DNA from: Sphaerodactylus townsendi
Taxonomy: Eukaryota
Direction: 5' to 3'
Length of the DNA stretch: 64,000 nucleotides
NCBI RefSeq assembly: GCF_021028975.2
Contig: NC_059430.1
Coordinates: forward strand, 31,992,001 to 32,056,000
The notes below the pieces were generated by a model that was not told the DNA's origin, did no database searches, and was given only the letters and a program-made list of their open reading frames with translations. Position 1 is the first letter of the stretch. Each line of letters begins with the position of its first letter. Both the position numbers and the translations under genes were made by a program. Shown here in pieces: positions 1 through 13,479 of the stretch.

Positions 1-14
1 CATTTGTTCTTCAG

Positions 15-134
15 GGCCGTGCGCTGTCCCGAGCCAAATCTCGACGCAACTTGGATTTCCAGGATGTCTTGGACAAGCTGGCTGATATGGGAATTGCAAT
101 CCGTGTTGCTTCGCCCAAACTGGTCATGGAAGAA
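15..134 (+). CDS. RTCB: RNA 2',3'-cyclic phosphate/5'-OH ligase RtcB, penultimate coding exon
   Basis: tcag|GGC...GAA|gtaagt; translates [40 protein letters not shown], matching the vertebrate RTCB C-terminal region. Confidence 0.97.
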
Positions 135-856
135 GTAAGTTTCTTTTTTCTTTTCTTTAAGTAAACAATCTGCAAGACTGGGAGTTCTTTTATAGCTTGC
201 GAAAGAAAGGTCATTCATGTATAGTCTAGGCACAACCTGTTTTTCATAATCTTATAAGAACTGTTCTTTTGCATCCATAATTACTTTGTTGTAACGAACG
301 GATAAATGAATTCATTTGTTATGGACGTTGCCCATGAATTAATAATTTCTTTCAGCAGTTCTGTAATATAATATATCTACCCCATCTTTTAGAAATATTT
401 AATTCCAATTAAAAAATTCTAATACTGTCCTGCATGAATTAAATAGAATTTAAAGAGTACTTTCCCTATATGAACCATCCTGTCCTTTGCTGAAGTCCTT
501 CTCAGGTCTCTAGAGAGCACTCTAGTAAGAAGAGCATTTTCGGTGTTGGCCCCGCTGTGAATTTTAGTATTGAAATAAATCTTCCTTAGGACAGTTTTGG
601 CAGGATTTTTAAAAAAAATGCAAAGTATTTTTAAGTAATTGGAGAGCTTATCTGAGATGGCTGCATGGTTTGCTTAGATTCTTTTTGTAATTGCTTCTGA
701 ATTTTAAAAATTCCATTTATGTTTTTTGAGTATAAGCTTGTAGGTGTGGCTTTGTATTTTGTAAGCCTCTAGGAGTCTTTTTAAACACGGAAGAATAGAA
801 ATTGAGTTCTTGAAAGGATACTATTAACTCTGGTTTTTACATCTGATTTATCCTAG

Positions 857-964
<108 letters not shown>

Positions 965-1849
965 TGAAACTGACCAGAATTACTATTATACAAGACCTTT
1001 TTGCCAACCCTAGTGCTTGGTGACTGTATTCTCTGTCTCAATGGAGACATCAGCTGACATAGATTCTTTGTTGGAACTCATGGAAGTGAGGTGTGTGAAG
1101 AAAATGTTCTTTGTTTTGAGGAAGGGATAAACCAAGGTATGTTGCTATCTTATTTTAAGAAGCAAACTCTGAAACCAGTTGAATTTCTTTTAGCAGACTG
1201 TTGTAGTCACCTTTGCAGATGACTTGCAATAGGTTGCTGCAACTGGGGAAGTTTTTCTGATCCGAGCCGAGTAAGGCAGTCTTTCATTTTGCAGACCTAA
1301 AAGTCTAGATCCCTGTGAAATAGCTGAATTCAGTTCATGGTCCTGTCAATAGATGTTCTGAGTGGTTGAAAGAGAAATGTTGTGTGCTTGAATTACAAGA
1401 AAGCTTGATATTGCCACACAGTTGACAATTGGCCCACAAACGCTCTTTGTAAAAGTCCTTGATCAGATCATTGCATTGCGATCTCTGAACTAATAGAGGA
1501 AGCTGTAGTCTAAGGGTAAGTTTATCTCAGTTATTTTGCCTCATGGCATGTCCCAGAATGAGAGAAGTGTTTTATGTTTAAGAATGGAGATTTTGTTCGA
1601 ATGCCAGGGTAACAACCCTTTCCCTTCTAATTAAACTCTGGAAGAATATTTATCTCAGGCCTTGCAAGTCAATCTCTTTTGATTTATTTCATTTACAAAC
1701 AAATACAAAACTTATAAAATGTAATTGTTGTCAATAGATGGCATCTGTGTCAAGTAAATAATGTCCAAGGGCCAAGTTAAGCTGGGGCAGGGAAAGGCTT
1801 AAAACAGAGCACACCCCAGCACTTTGCATGTTAGCCAGGTGGACTCATG

Positions 1850-1855
1850 AATAAA
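1850..1855 (+). terminator. Candidate RTCB poly(A) signal AATAAA
   Basis: AATAAA about 890 nt after the stop, followed by a U/GU-rich tract; an ATTAAA at 1630 is an alternative. Confidence 0.5.
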
Positions 1856-1978
1856 TACACATGGGTTCCTTTTCTGTGTCTCCTGTGGCAGAATCCATAG
1901 AGTGCTTTCCATAGCACGACAAAGAGAAGCCACATGGTAAAGATTGTAACCTGGCTAGGCTCATGTAACCGTCTAGAG

Positions 1979-2126
1979 CAGGGGTAGGGAACCTGCGGCT
2001 CTCCAGATGTTCAGGAACTACAATTCCCATCAGCCCCTACCAGCATGGTCAATTGGCCATGCTGATAGAGGCTGATGGGAATTGTAGTTCCTGAACATCT
2101 GGAGAGCCGCAGGTTCCCTACCCCTG
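1979..2126. mobile_element. hAT (Charlie-like) hairpin MITE, 148 bp
   Basis: Near-perfect palindrome CAGGGGTAGGGAACC...GGTTCCCTACCCCTG; exact 8-bp TSD GTCTAGAG at 1971-1978 and 2127-2134. Confidence 0.9.
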
Positions 2127-2391
2127 GTCTAGAGAACCTGGTTAAACTGATACCTGCTGCAGTCAGCAGTAGATGGCAATTAAGAAGGCTAATAAACTGT
2201 AGCTGTAAATCATGGGGCAATGGAAGAAGAAAAGCCATTGGTGAAGGCACCGTTAAATCTGTGCATCAGGACATCAGTGTGACTCACATGTAAGCTGCAT
2301 CTCATCCTCCTGCTTAGGCTGTTTCAGAACTATTTTCAGCAAGGTTGATAACGTTCACATAAGTTTAAAAGTGGAGCCTACAAAGCAGGAG

Positions 2392-2522
2392 CAGGGGTCT
2401 GCAACCTGTGGCTCTCCAGATGTCCATGGACTACAATTCCCATCAGCCATGGCCATGCTGGCAGGGGCTGTTGGGAATTGTAGTCCATGAACATCTGGAG
2501 AGCCACAGGTTGCAGACCGCTG
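2392..2522. mobile_element. hAT hairpin MITE, same superfamily as 1979-2126
   Basis: CAGGGGTCTGCAACC...GGTTGCAGACCGCTG; flanked by GCAGGAG on both sides. Confidence 0.85.
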
Positions 2523-3199
2523 GCAGGAGGAATCTCCTTTTATTCACATCCAGATGTGTCTTTTCTTGCCCAAATTGTCCTGCGTTTCAGTGCTGTCGTG
2601 ATACTGCATGGATTTAAAAGGGTTGAGTTGGATGCCTTTCCTCCCAGGGTGTGGGGGGTGTATAATCATGGGAAGGAGAGAAAAGACTGGAATGGAATCT
2701 ATCTAGTCAAGTGCATTCTATCCCTGTGTTTTCCTTAGTAGGAACTAGCATCTTACAAAAATGTAATTTCAGTACAACGAGAAAGGGCCAGAAATTATAA
2801 AAATACACTGAGTATAATAACAATAAATTAAAATTGCTTTATCCTGCTAAAACCCCTGTAGGTTATCCATGATGTTCCTTTTGTCAGGCCATAATTTGGG
2901 GGTTCTTTTATGCTCTAACCTTAGTTAACCATTGTTAATTTGACAACTTTTTTTTCAATTTTCCCTTGAGAAAGAGGGGGGGGGGAAATTGTAGCAATTA
3001 CTGTTTTCTTTCCCAGCTCTTACAAATTCCTGGTAGGGGTAGATGTTTGTGTTGCAAACAGCAACAGTCGTTCTAATGTCAACTCATTAGGTTGTTTTGG
3101 AACTTCTTTCTGAACATTTTTTATTTCCGCAGATGATCTCAAGAGTTGTAGTATGAAAAATGAACAGTCTTAAATCCGAAGTTTGTTTTGTGTGTATCT

Positions 3200-3700
3200 G
3201 TGTTAGAGCCTTGATCAGATCCACGATCCATCTAGCCCAGCATCCTGTTTCAACCAGTGGCCAATAAGCTGGTCTGAATGGCCCACAAAAAAACAACAAC
3301 ATAAAGGCCAAAGCCCCTGGTGTTGCCTCCTGATGTTGTGTCCTGGTATTCTCTCCAAATACGGAGGTTCCATTTAATCACCACAGCTAGAAGCTACTAA
3401 TGGACCAATCGTCCATGAATCTAATCCTCCTTTAAAGATGTCTGTGCTTCTATCACTACATCCAGCAGTGGTGAATTCCACAGTTTTATTCATTCACTGA
3501 ATAAATAAGTCCTTCATTTTGTCCAACCATCAACTTTATTGGGGGCTCCCACCTTTCAGTAATACGGCAGAACGAGAAAGTGTACAGAAGGCTCTGCGAC
3601 GTGTCTTGTTTTCTACAAGTCCTAGACTTTTCAGACGTTTCTCATCGGAAAGGTATTCTGTCCCCTCAATGATTTTGGTTTCCTTTTATGTCCAGTCTGC
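3200..3700 (-). mobile_element. Old CR1 LINE 3' fragment
   Basis: Degenerate similarity to the CR1 3' end (ccatctagcccagcatcctg..., ctacatccagcagtggtgaattccacag); boundaries approximate. Confidence 0.55.
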
Positions 3701-5664
3701 CTTTCTGCACCATGATTGTTGATCAGAGGAGCCTTCTGTCCCCCTTCTTGAGACTGACTCAGGCTAGAGACCTTTCCATCCCTCCCACTCCCTCTTCCCC
3801 CTCAGCTGGTGGTCCAGCTGTACACCGGCAATCTTTTTGCTTTTTTTTGGCAAAGGCAACTGTGCCATTTCTTTTGTTCTTCCCCTGTAAAAACACACTT
3901 AACTGGCTGCCTCCTCCCTTCAAAGGAATAGCTTTCCTCAAGCATGTGCTTACATGCATGGAAGGCTTTGGGTGCACAGGGAGAGCCTCAGCTGCAGTTG
4001 GTGATTTGTTTTGTCCTTTTCCGGTAGCGGATTAAGGCATGGCACATTTAACCAGACTTCTAAGTAATCAAGGAAGCTAACCTGTTTTAAAATTACCGGT
4101 CAGAGTTTGGCTTCAGTCCAACAAAAGTGACATTCAAAGGGACCAGGAAAACAAATCTTATTTATTAAAACCATCCAGAAAAGTTGACTTCGGTTGTTTT
4201 GTCTCAAGCGCAACATTGCATTTTAGAACCCTCTCAGGAAAATAGAAGTCAAACAGCATGTTGCAGTGTTTAACATTTTAAAAATCTATGTGAAGACATT
4301 GCAATGAGAAAACACAAGAATACCTGCAAACCTGAAGTACTGTTTCTGCATAAACTTTCCATTGTTTCAAAGGTTAGTATTATTGATTTGCGGCATTTCC
4401 CCCTTCTTCCTGTGGTTGCATCTGAACAGTTTTTACGTCCTCTTCATATTGCAACTGTCTGTAAGATGATCCAAAAGAAAAAGATGAATGCAATGCCGTT
4501 CTAGCCTAGAATAATGAGCATGCTTTTAAAAAAAATCTTCCAAAATTCTACTTCTGTACTAGTGAGAGCATTTACTACAACTCCTCCCTCCTCCCCCCAA
4601 GCATAGAAAATGTCAGCAGAAGTTGGGCACAAGCAACTGTTAATGTTAAAATACCTCAGAGACAAGAGGCAAAGGCAAGTAAAATCAAAAACAGGAAATC
4701 AGCAACAAAAGCACTAAGAAGGACTACCTGAACCGGCACAAGGATATCTTTTTAACAAAAGGCCTTGGGGAAAATGCAACTATCTTTGTTTGGTCCCTGA
4801 AGCTCAACAAGCTTGGGGCTAAATGAACATCTGAGGGAAGGGAACTGGTCACCCTTTCTTCAGTTACTGTTGAAGATGTCAGAGCAGAGACTGAAGCTGA
4901 TGAACAGGCTGGTCAGGGTGAAAGCAGCCTTAACCTGATCCTGAACAATTTAGGACTGTATAGTAATTGAATTGTGCCCACAAGAAAATGGGGAGACCTT
5001 TCAGAACTAGTGTGATGTGGTCCCTGTAACTCATTCCAGTTGGTAGCCTTGCTGCTGCATTTTGGACCAACTAAAACTCCCAGAGCCGCCTTCAAAAAAG
5101 CATGCTTCAGTAATTTGCCTGAGTGTGATCAGAGTTTGGGTAACTACAGTGAGATCATACTGGAAAGGAGCTGGAGGAAGGTAGTGCACCAAACAAGGTT
5201 AACTGAGTCAACAAGCTGATCTCAGAATTCTGCTAAGGTCTATTCAGCAGGACTGCTTCCCAGAGACTTGCTCTTGGGATTGAACTGTTCAAGGTGTTGC
5301 ATACCCGATATGGGATTTGTATCTCTATCTGCAGTTAAATACCTAATAGCACTGCCAGGCTGCAACCCTGTTCTTTTTAGGGAGAGTGCTCTGTAAGCCT
5401 CTGGTTGACCAGCAGCACCTCAGTCTTATCTAACCTGACCTCTGGTGTATTGGTCTTTATGCAGCCCATTACTACCGTTAAATCCTGCTTACCAGATAGT
5501 CGGTGGCACCTCATTCTACTACTGCAGTGTAATCATTTGTGTTCCCTAGTCTTAGCTTAGCTTCTTCCCCTTTCCCTCTGTGCTGACGTGAATGCACAAC
5601 TAACCATGCACATAGACCTGGAAACGGTTAGATATCCCATTCTAGCCCACATGTTTACAAACAT

Positions 5665-6035
5665 AATAAAAACCTTGCTTCATTAGACCAGTGGCCCATC
5701 TGGTCTGACATATTGTTTCATGCAGCAGCCAACAAGTTGCCATGGAAGGCCAACAAATAGAGCCTAGAAGTCAAGGCCTTCCCCAGATGCTGTCTCCTGC
5801 CACTGATACTCAGATTTTGCTACCTCTGTATATGGAGGTCGCCTTCAATCACCATAGCTTATGATCACGGATGGACCTCTCCTCCATCAATCTGTCTACC
5901 CTCCTTTTAAAACCATCTATGCTCATGGTTATCACTACATCTACTGGCAGTAAACCCCACAGTTTAATTTCTGGTTCAGTAAAGAAGTATTTCTTTTTGT
6001 CTGTTCTGAACTTGCTGAACTGTCGACTTCATTGG
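5665..6035 (-). mobile_element. Old CR1 LINE 3' fragment
   Basis: agaccagtggcccatctggtctgac... and ggacctctcctccatcaatctgtctaccctccttttaaa, homologous to the CR1 copy at 13480; boundaries approximate. Confidence 0.6.
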
Positions 6036-7257
6036 GTGACTGTACTAGACCAACAAGCAAAGAAATCAAATGGATGTTATGGCAATTTCCCCCCTGGAGA
6101 AAACAAATACAAACAGTATATCTTTTTATTACTGGGGGTTTGCCACCCACAAGCAACCTTCCTTGAACGTAACATAAAAGTGATAATTTTGGATATAATA
6201 ATTGTCATCCTGCAAACTCCCTGTTACCTTCCAGTGATTATTACATGGGATTAAGTTAAGCACTTAAATACTTGGTTATGATTTTATGGTGCAGAAGAAC
6301 ATTTTGTGTTGCCTTAAGCTCAGAGACAATAATATCTTTTGCACAAAAACTTTTTCATCCTAAACAGATTCCCTTTCAGAAGCAGCAATATAAGGATTTC
6401 AGCTGCCTTGTAATCAGCTGATCCCAAGTCCATTCACCATAGTATGGTTTGTCAGAACTGGCAGCAGCACTTCATAATGGGGTGGGGGGGTGGGGGTGGG
6501 GAGGTATGACCCAGTCATGTTATGTGAGATCATATAACTGAGGAAAATGGGGAAGGTTATGCATGTAAAACCAGAGTTGACTTCCATTAAATGATACAAA
6601 TTTGGAGACAGGAAGTTAGGCATCAGAATTGTACAGTACAGTATTGCCAAGCATGACACCTACTTCACCATCACTATGCCTCCCAGTAAGTGGATGAGTT
6701 GGATTCCTCACAGAGGTTGAAGAGGCAGAAGAGGTACCTGTGGAGAGAGGGGCATAAACATAATGGTCACAGGACTTTGAGCCCTGTAGTCCAGCCTACC
6801 CTTATGTCCCATGAGATGGAACCCCCCCCCCCCACCACCACCACCGTCTTAGCTCTTTGAGGCAGGATAACCACTCCCTGACCAGGGTCATAAGATTTCC
6901 CACCTTTTTCAGGGACTGGGTTGCTTAAGATGGTAGTGTGTTGGTAATTTATGTGGTACATATGTCAGCTCTCCCGAACTGATTATGAAAAGTTGGGGAC
7001 GGAACACTGAAAACGGTCTTCTCATGTTGAGTGATTCCTGTAAACTGTAAAACATCTTATGTCATGAGGGTCCTCATTTCCATGGAGTAAAGGCTTTCAG
7101 GATGACCATGACAACCATAGCCTACTACAGAGTAAGTCTTTCTCTCCAAGTGAGGACCAGTCACCACAAGGAGGCCCGTTTCAGTAGCATGCTGGTGATG
7201 CGAACAAAGTGTGCTTTGGCTTCCATGAAATACATGATGCTACTTTATCCTGAGTGA

Positions 7258-7417
7258 AGATCATTGGTCCATCAAAGTCATCATTGTCTACTTTGACTGG
7301 CGAGAGTCTCACGTCTTTCAAGGTATCTGGTCCCTGATCTTTCTAATTGGAGATGCTGGGGATTGAACCTGGAACCTTGTACAAGCGAAGCAGATACTCT
7401 GCCACTGAGCCACAGCA
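7258..7417 (-). mobile_element. tRNA-head/CR1-tail SINE; related copies near 18850-19050 and 22500-22700
   Basis: Reverse-strand A box (ccactgagccacagc) and B box (gggattgaacc), plus a CR1-like tail. Confidence 0.6.
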
Positions 7418-7871
7418 CTTTTCTGCTACACAACACAAAGATTGCCTTAATAATGGGAGGGGTTTTGCATTACTAGTATGTGAGGATATGATTTTACTCT
7501 TGTAGCAGTAATACAGTGGATTAAGAAAGAGGATGGTAAGTGTCTATGGTTCATGACAGGTAAGTATCAAAGTGCTTCCTATATGTGCAGTCTGAGTGTC
7601 ATCGATTAGATTGGAATGTAAAAAAAAAAAAGATGTAGGAGCTGAAAAGCCCTTGAGCAAAGCTCAGCCCAAAACACAACTCAGTCCTTTTTCAAAAGGA
7701 ACTGAACTAAACAGTTTTCAATGTTTTCTGGTTTCAGAAACCCAAAATAAAATTGTCAGCACCCCAATTATTTGTATTTTGAAAATGCGTGCTTTGATTG
7801 ACTCTGCAGGCTAGAGCCCATAATTTTTCAGATGAGGTTGGATCCAACCCAAAATTTTCATGGATGCAATC

Positions 7872-8155
7872 GAAGAAGAAGAGTTTGGATTTATATCCCC
7901 CCTCTCTCTCCTGCAGGAGACTCAAAGGGGCTGACAATCTCCTTGCCCTTCCCCCCTCACAACAAACACCCTGTGAGGTAGGTGGGGCTGAGAGAGCTCC
8001 GAGAAGCTGTGACTAGCCCAAGGTCACCCAGCTGGCGTGTGTGGGAGTGCACAGGCTAATCTGAATTCCCCAGATAAGCCTCCACAGCTCAGGTGGCAGA
8101 GCTGGGAATCAAACCCGGTTCCTCCAGATTAGATACACGAGCTCTTAACCTCCTA
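7872..8155 (-). mobile_element. Young tRNA-derived SINE (Squam3-like), slightly 5'-truncated
   Basis: Near-identical reverse complement of the copies at 59324 and 60683; (CTT)n-type tail; B box GGTTTGATTCC. Confidence 0.85.
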
Positions 8156-8865
8156 TTTTCCTGCCTCTCATTTCCCACTGCAGCCTGCTTGTCTCCCTGA
8201 TCTGCTGCTCCTGAGGGACAGTGGACCCTGAGGAATGATTCCAGGGTGTTGGGCAGTGGCAAGGAAGGGTCACAGTACTTAAAACTGCAGCTTAGATAAC
8301 AAGACATTGAGTTGCTTTTGCCCAACTCAAAGATCCTGAATTTGAAAGTGAATCGAAATAAAACTCCACAACATTGCAAGACTTCATTTAGCCGGGAAGT
8401 GTGGGTTTTGAGAGGTGACATTTGGGTGTAATGGGCCAAACCCCCAAGTCTCTTGGCATGAGATGAGAAAATGTGAAATTCATATCGAAGTTCAAATACT
8501 AAAGTTTTGGAATTTCAGGGTCAGTTCATTTTTTGGAGTTGAAATTATTTTATCTTTAACTCAGGATGTGTGGGTATGTGTGTGACATATAAGATGTACT
8601 AGAAACAGAAAAGCAACAAAGGAGTCTTGAGGTATCTTAAAGGCTGTGGAATTGATTGTAACGTTAGCTTTTTCCAGCTGCGTCACACTGGAACATCATG
8701 CTAATATATATTAAATTTGACTGATCCACATGTATTCCATATCTGAAGTTTCAAAATTGACTCTCAATTTACAATAGACAGTTCCACAGATTCTTTCATA
8801 TTTCAAATTTGAAGAGCTCCTCTGCTACCCTGTTTGCTTTTTACTGGTGGAGCCTGCTGTAGAAT

Positions 8866-9075
8866 CGCCAGCTGAGGCAGCTATCCTCCCCCCCACCCCA
8901 GTGCTGACCACCTCCTCCAGTGCCAATCTGGGCTGGTGAGCCCACTAAGGGTTTGCCAGCTAAAGCAGTCACATCTCCCCCCACCCACCCCCCATGCTGA
9001 CCACATCCCTCAGTGCTGAACTGGGCTGGCCAGGGTGCTGTGGCTTGCCAACTGAGGCAGCCACCCCTCTCCTCC
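8866..9075. repeat. Degenerate ~90-bp tandem repeat, about 2.3 copies
   Basis: Units start gccagctgaggcag / gccagctaaagcag / gccaactgaggcag; the first two also share tgctgaccac...ctgggctgg. Confidence 0.7.
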
Positions 9076-9381
9076 AGGGCCACCAAGTCACATTTATGTC
9101 ATATCCGGCCCTTTTACAAAGGAGTTCAACACCTCTGATTTAGACCCTGGATGACTCTGTTAAAACAACTGAGGGAGAAGGCGGGTGGGGGAGAGGAATG
9201 AGAAGAAACAGCAGAGTTGAAACACAGAAGCAGAGAGTTGAGTATTATCTGAAGCATCTTGGGGCACAGAATGATTCTCTCTTGAGATCTGATGAGGGTT
9301 GCATTTCTGTAGATGTGCCCCTTTGCCTCCACCTGAGTTCTCCTTAAATTTTGGTAAACAAAATAAATACTGCAAATAACC

Positions 9382-9480
9382 TAAGAACATAAGAAAGGGC
9401 CTGCTGGATCTAACCGGAGTCCATCTAGTCCAATACTCTGCTACTCACAGTGGCCCACCAGATACCTTTGGGAGCTCACC
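9382..9480 (-). mobile_element. CR1 3'-terminal fragment
   Basis: taagaacataagaa tail followed by cctgctggatc...ccatctagtcc. Confidence 0.75.
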
Positions 9481-9589
9481 TAAGATTCCATTGTTCTCTC
9501 ACCCCAAGGGGAATGTTTCCAGGTTGAACTAGGGGACATATAAAGATGTTCATACTGTTCATGGTATGCATGTTCAAATTCCAAGAAAA

Positions 9590-9818
9590 CGTGGTGGAAA
9601 GTGCTAGCAAGTCACAGCAGACTCATGGTGTGCCTGTAAGATTTTCAAGACAAGATACATTCAAAAGTGGTTTGCCATTGCCTGCCTCTGCGTGGGTTGA
9701 GAGAGTTCTGAGAGAACTGTGGCTGGCTTGGTCGCCTAGCAAGCTTTATGTGGAGGAGTGGGGAATCAAATCTGATTCTCCAGATCAGAGTCTACCCCTT
9801 TTAACCACCACACTGCAG
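9590..9818 (-). mobile_element. SINE with tRNA-like head and RTE/BovB-like (Sauria-type) tail
   Basis: agtggtttgccattgcc motif plus a reverse-strand B box (ggggaatcaaa). Confidence 0.55.
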
Positions 9819-10378
9819 TAAGTATATACACCTATTTCAAATAATGTATCTTGTTTTAGGAGGCTAACTTTTTCATTACTTTCTCCCTACTCCTCAGTTA
9901 TTCTTCCAAGGTATTTTTTCTCATCTAACATTGATGATAAAATATAACACTAATTAAGTGGTGTTTGTTATCCAAAAGCCAGGAAAACATCAGAGATAAG
10001 TGATATGCAGTGCCAGGGAGGAAAAACCTGTAGTTGAGAAGGATCCTCAAGTTTGCTTTGAATTTTAAGTACATCAAATGAAAATTTCCCTTTTTGAAGT
10101 AAGTTTTCTTTTCATCTCTCTCTCTCCCTCCCTCCCTCCCACACACACTCTTAACCCCTTCCCCCCAAGTGAATAAATGTAATTGATCTGTTACTGTTTA
10201 CTGTCTGGAATTTACAGGGATTGACAACCTGCTAACATTTTCCACCATACTGTTAGAACAATAGAAGTGCTCCTAACCATGGTAAAATTCCCACAGCTTT
10301 GCTGTGCCTAAACTGGCTTGAGCCGTAACTGTGCATTGTGATTCCTTGCTGTCTCTTGCACAGCATGGTTGCTATCCA

Positions 10379-10680
10379 GGAGTCAGTGTGGTGTAGTGGT
10401 TAAGAGCAGGTGGATTCTAATCTGGAGAGCCGGGTTTGATTCCCCACTCCTCCACCCAAGTGGCAGAGGCTTATCTGGTGAACCAGATGTGTTTCTGCAT
10501 TCCTGGAGACCTTGAGCTAGTCACAGTTCTTCAGAACTTTCAGCCCCATCTACCTCACAAGGTGTCTGTTCTGGGGAGAGGAAGGGAAAGGAGCTTGTAA
10601 GCCACCTTGAAGCTCCTTACAGGAGAGAAAGGTGGGATATAAATTCAAACTCCTCCTCCTCCTCCCCTTCTTCTTCTTCT
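10379..10680 (+). mobile_element. tRNA-derived SINE (Squam3-like subfamily)
   Basis: A box TGGTGTAGTGG, B box GGTTTGATTCC, (CCT)n(CTT)n tail. Confidence 0.85.
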
Positions 10681-11717
10681 GGAAATATATACTATGACTG
10701 TGTATGAAATTGATCTAAAGCAATATATTCAGACAGTGACAGATCCTCTGGTCATAATCAGTGGGTTGACACACTACCATACTGAGAGGAGCCATTTCAC
10801 CATTGACCCCCGATGGATGTGTCCCAGCTACTGTAGACTGAAGAGCCACTTGATCATTAGTAATTTACAGTTAGATTGTTGTTGGAAAATTAAAAATTAG
10901 TGATGTTTCACTGGGGATTTTGGGAAGAGATAATGTGATTTGTACAGGAACAAGCTGTAACAGCATCTATATTTGAGGACACAAAGAGTGGGCTACTGTG
11001 GGTTGGATCCAGCTAACTTTTCTATGTGTGAAAAGGGAAGGAGGTTTCCCTTTGATCATGCCCCTTCCCAAAAGTGTAGTCCAAGAACCATGAACTTTTG
11101 TGCCTATTGTATGCACAGCACAGGAACCAGCCTACCTTTCCAATAGTGAAAAAGGAAAGTGGGACACCCTTTGACCACCTAAATAAAGGCTATGTCAAGG
11201 ACCCTGGCACCTGTACAGACAAAAGCAATGTGGAACAGGTGGTGTTATACTCTTTCCATGGGGGGGCTTTCATGTCTATTCTATATGGCACCAGACTTTC
11301 TCAAAATAATATTTTCAAGGGAGATAAACGGGCAAAGAGGAGTCAGATGCTTCAGCTGGAAAGGTACTATACAGAGTATCAAAGTAAGATGGTAGCAGTA
11401 TGAGTAAAAACTATTCAAGAGCAGTAAGAGCTATTCAAGTAATCAGTCAAGTAGCAATTTGTACTTGAAAATGCAATAAATCACTTTGCAAATCAAGGTG
11501 TCCAGTTGCAGTTTCTTTAACCTGGTGCCCCAAATCCCGTGCTCCTCCCATTTGGCTAGTCCAGGGAACAAGCAGCCTGGGGAGCAGAGATAGGACTGAG
11601 TTTGCCCAGAAGGGATTGAGAAAATACAAAGGGATGAACAGTGAAGGGATTTTAGGATCCAAAGGATTTTGTAGTGGGGAGGGGGTGGAGGAGCCTGTGG
11701 ACAGCAACAGGATATAA

Positions 11718-11867
11718 GGCCCATTCTGCACATGCAGAACTATGCACTTTCAACCCACTTTCAGTGCACTTTGCAGCTGGATTTTACTGTGCAGAATAGT
11801 AAAATCCACTTTCAAACAATTGTGAACGTGGCTTGAAAGTGCATTATTCTGCGTGTGCGAAGGTGCC
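11718..11867. mobile_element. PIF/Harbinger-type MITE
   Basis: Imperfect palindrome GGCCCATTCTGCACATGCAGAA...TTCTGCGTGTGCGAAGGTGCC; TAA/CAA flanks; homologous to 23490-23630. Confidence 0.75.
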
Positions 11868-13479
11868 CAAGACTGGCCCGTTAGAAATCAATGAGGATGA
11901 AATTAAGATGCAGAAATCAGATGAAAGATAGAGAATGTAAGTTTCAAGGCAAAAGGGATAATGGAAGAAAATGGATCATTCTCTGCTTGTCTTGAAGATG
12001 GAAGCCCATGGTCTTGTGTCAGCAGTAATAGGGGAACTTTGGGGAGCAGAACCAACTGCAGAATGGAGGGGCTTGAGAAAACCCTTTTATGCACCTTGAT
12101 TTATGCACCAGGCATGGGTAGGTGAAATATTGGTATTGGCCAAAACTGGTGTAATGTTATAGTCCACACAGATATTGGGGCAGATTTTAGAATCTGGCCT
12201 CTCATTGGAGAATTTTGGGTTTACACTGAAATTGGTGAAATTTTAGGATCTGAGCACTTACTGGAAAAAAATTGCCAAGATCTGAGCTGCTGTTGTGGGT
12301 TTCAAACCTTTCTTTTCAGGAGTATGGCTTACACTGAAATATATGAGGCTACAGGTCAGGCACCCCACAAGGTTAACAGGAATCATCACCTCCTCCTGTA
12401 TGCCCAGCTTGAAGTGGAAAACTTCAAGGGTACAGGAGTCTCTTGGTTTATTCCAGGTAGGAGAGACAAATCTCCCATGGTCCTTGGCTTACAACAAACC
12501 TAGGATACTGGAAATTCCCAGAATCTTTGAAGGTTGTCTATACACACCCAAAAGCAGGGGGTGTGGAGGGAGGAGATTCTCACTCTTTAAAAGTGTCTCT
12601 AAAGATCTGCCTAAACCAAGAGACTGATGTGAAGTCTTTTGTACATCACGGAGGTCTCATAGAGAGGGCCGAAGCAGGGATCAAGGCAGCCACAAATAAT
12701 GGCTGGAGGTGGTAGTATGGACAATCCTGTATGGACAATCCTGCAGGAATGAAAAGACCCCCTCCCCCCCAAAAAAAAATCTTGCTAAAGCACAGGATCT
12801 ATAGTAGCGTTTGTTGAATTGCTAGAGGCTGGTTTTCAATTCAGGGAATTTCAAATAGATATAATTATCACTTGGATGCTGTTCAGGTCTTAGAGGTACT
12901 GCCAGGACTTTCATGAGGGAACAAAACCCTCACATGGAGAAACCGTAGGGAAAAATATATGGAAGGGATTGATATTCTTGTGTGGGTGTTGCCTCAAAGT
13001 TCTGTCTGAAATAGCTCTCAGAATCGGTGTCTGTATGTTTGCCATTTTTGGTATGGCTTAACACTCCCATTTCCCCAAGAGCAAAGAGAAAGATGGGAGC
13101 ACAAGAAAGCCTACTTTTTTTTCATGTCCCTATTGTACAAGAAATATCTGTGATATGTTAAGAAAAATAACTATATATAAACTGAGGGCCACTATCAGCA
13201 AAACCAGCACTGGTTTAATCCAGCCAAATTGAATAACTGTTTAAGTTGGAGGGATGTAAGCAGGCATTAATGCCTTATGGATATCAATGTTCCAGTTGTG
13301 CCTATTAATAATTTTCTGCTACTAAACCTTGACAAATCATTCTCCCTACTACATTCCTGTTATGCCTTTGGGGAGGATTTTGTGATTGTCTATTGTATTG
13401 CTTCAGCAAATGTTTCCAGAAAAGTTGTTCCATGTTCTCTAGTGCCCACCCCTCTTTGACTAAGCCTACATGAACTCTA

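Noticed and set aside
7798-8439. ORFs recurring at about 7.8, 40.1 and 60.8 kb (…PCEVGGAER…)
   Set aside because: Chance frames in antisense SINE copies.
10379-10450. tRNA-like A and B boxes
   Set aside because: SINE head without a cloverleaf; no true tRNA gene found in the window.
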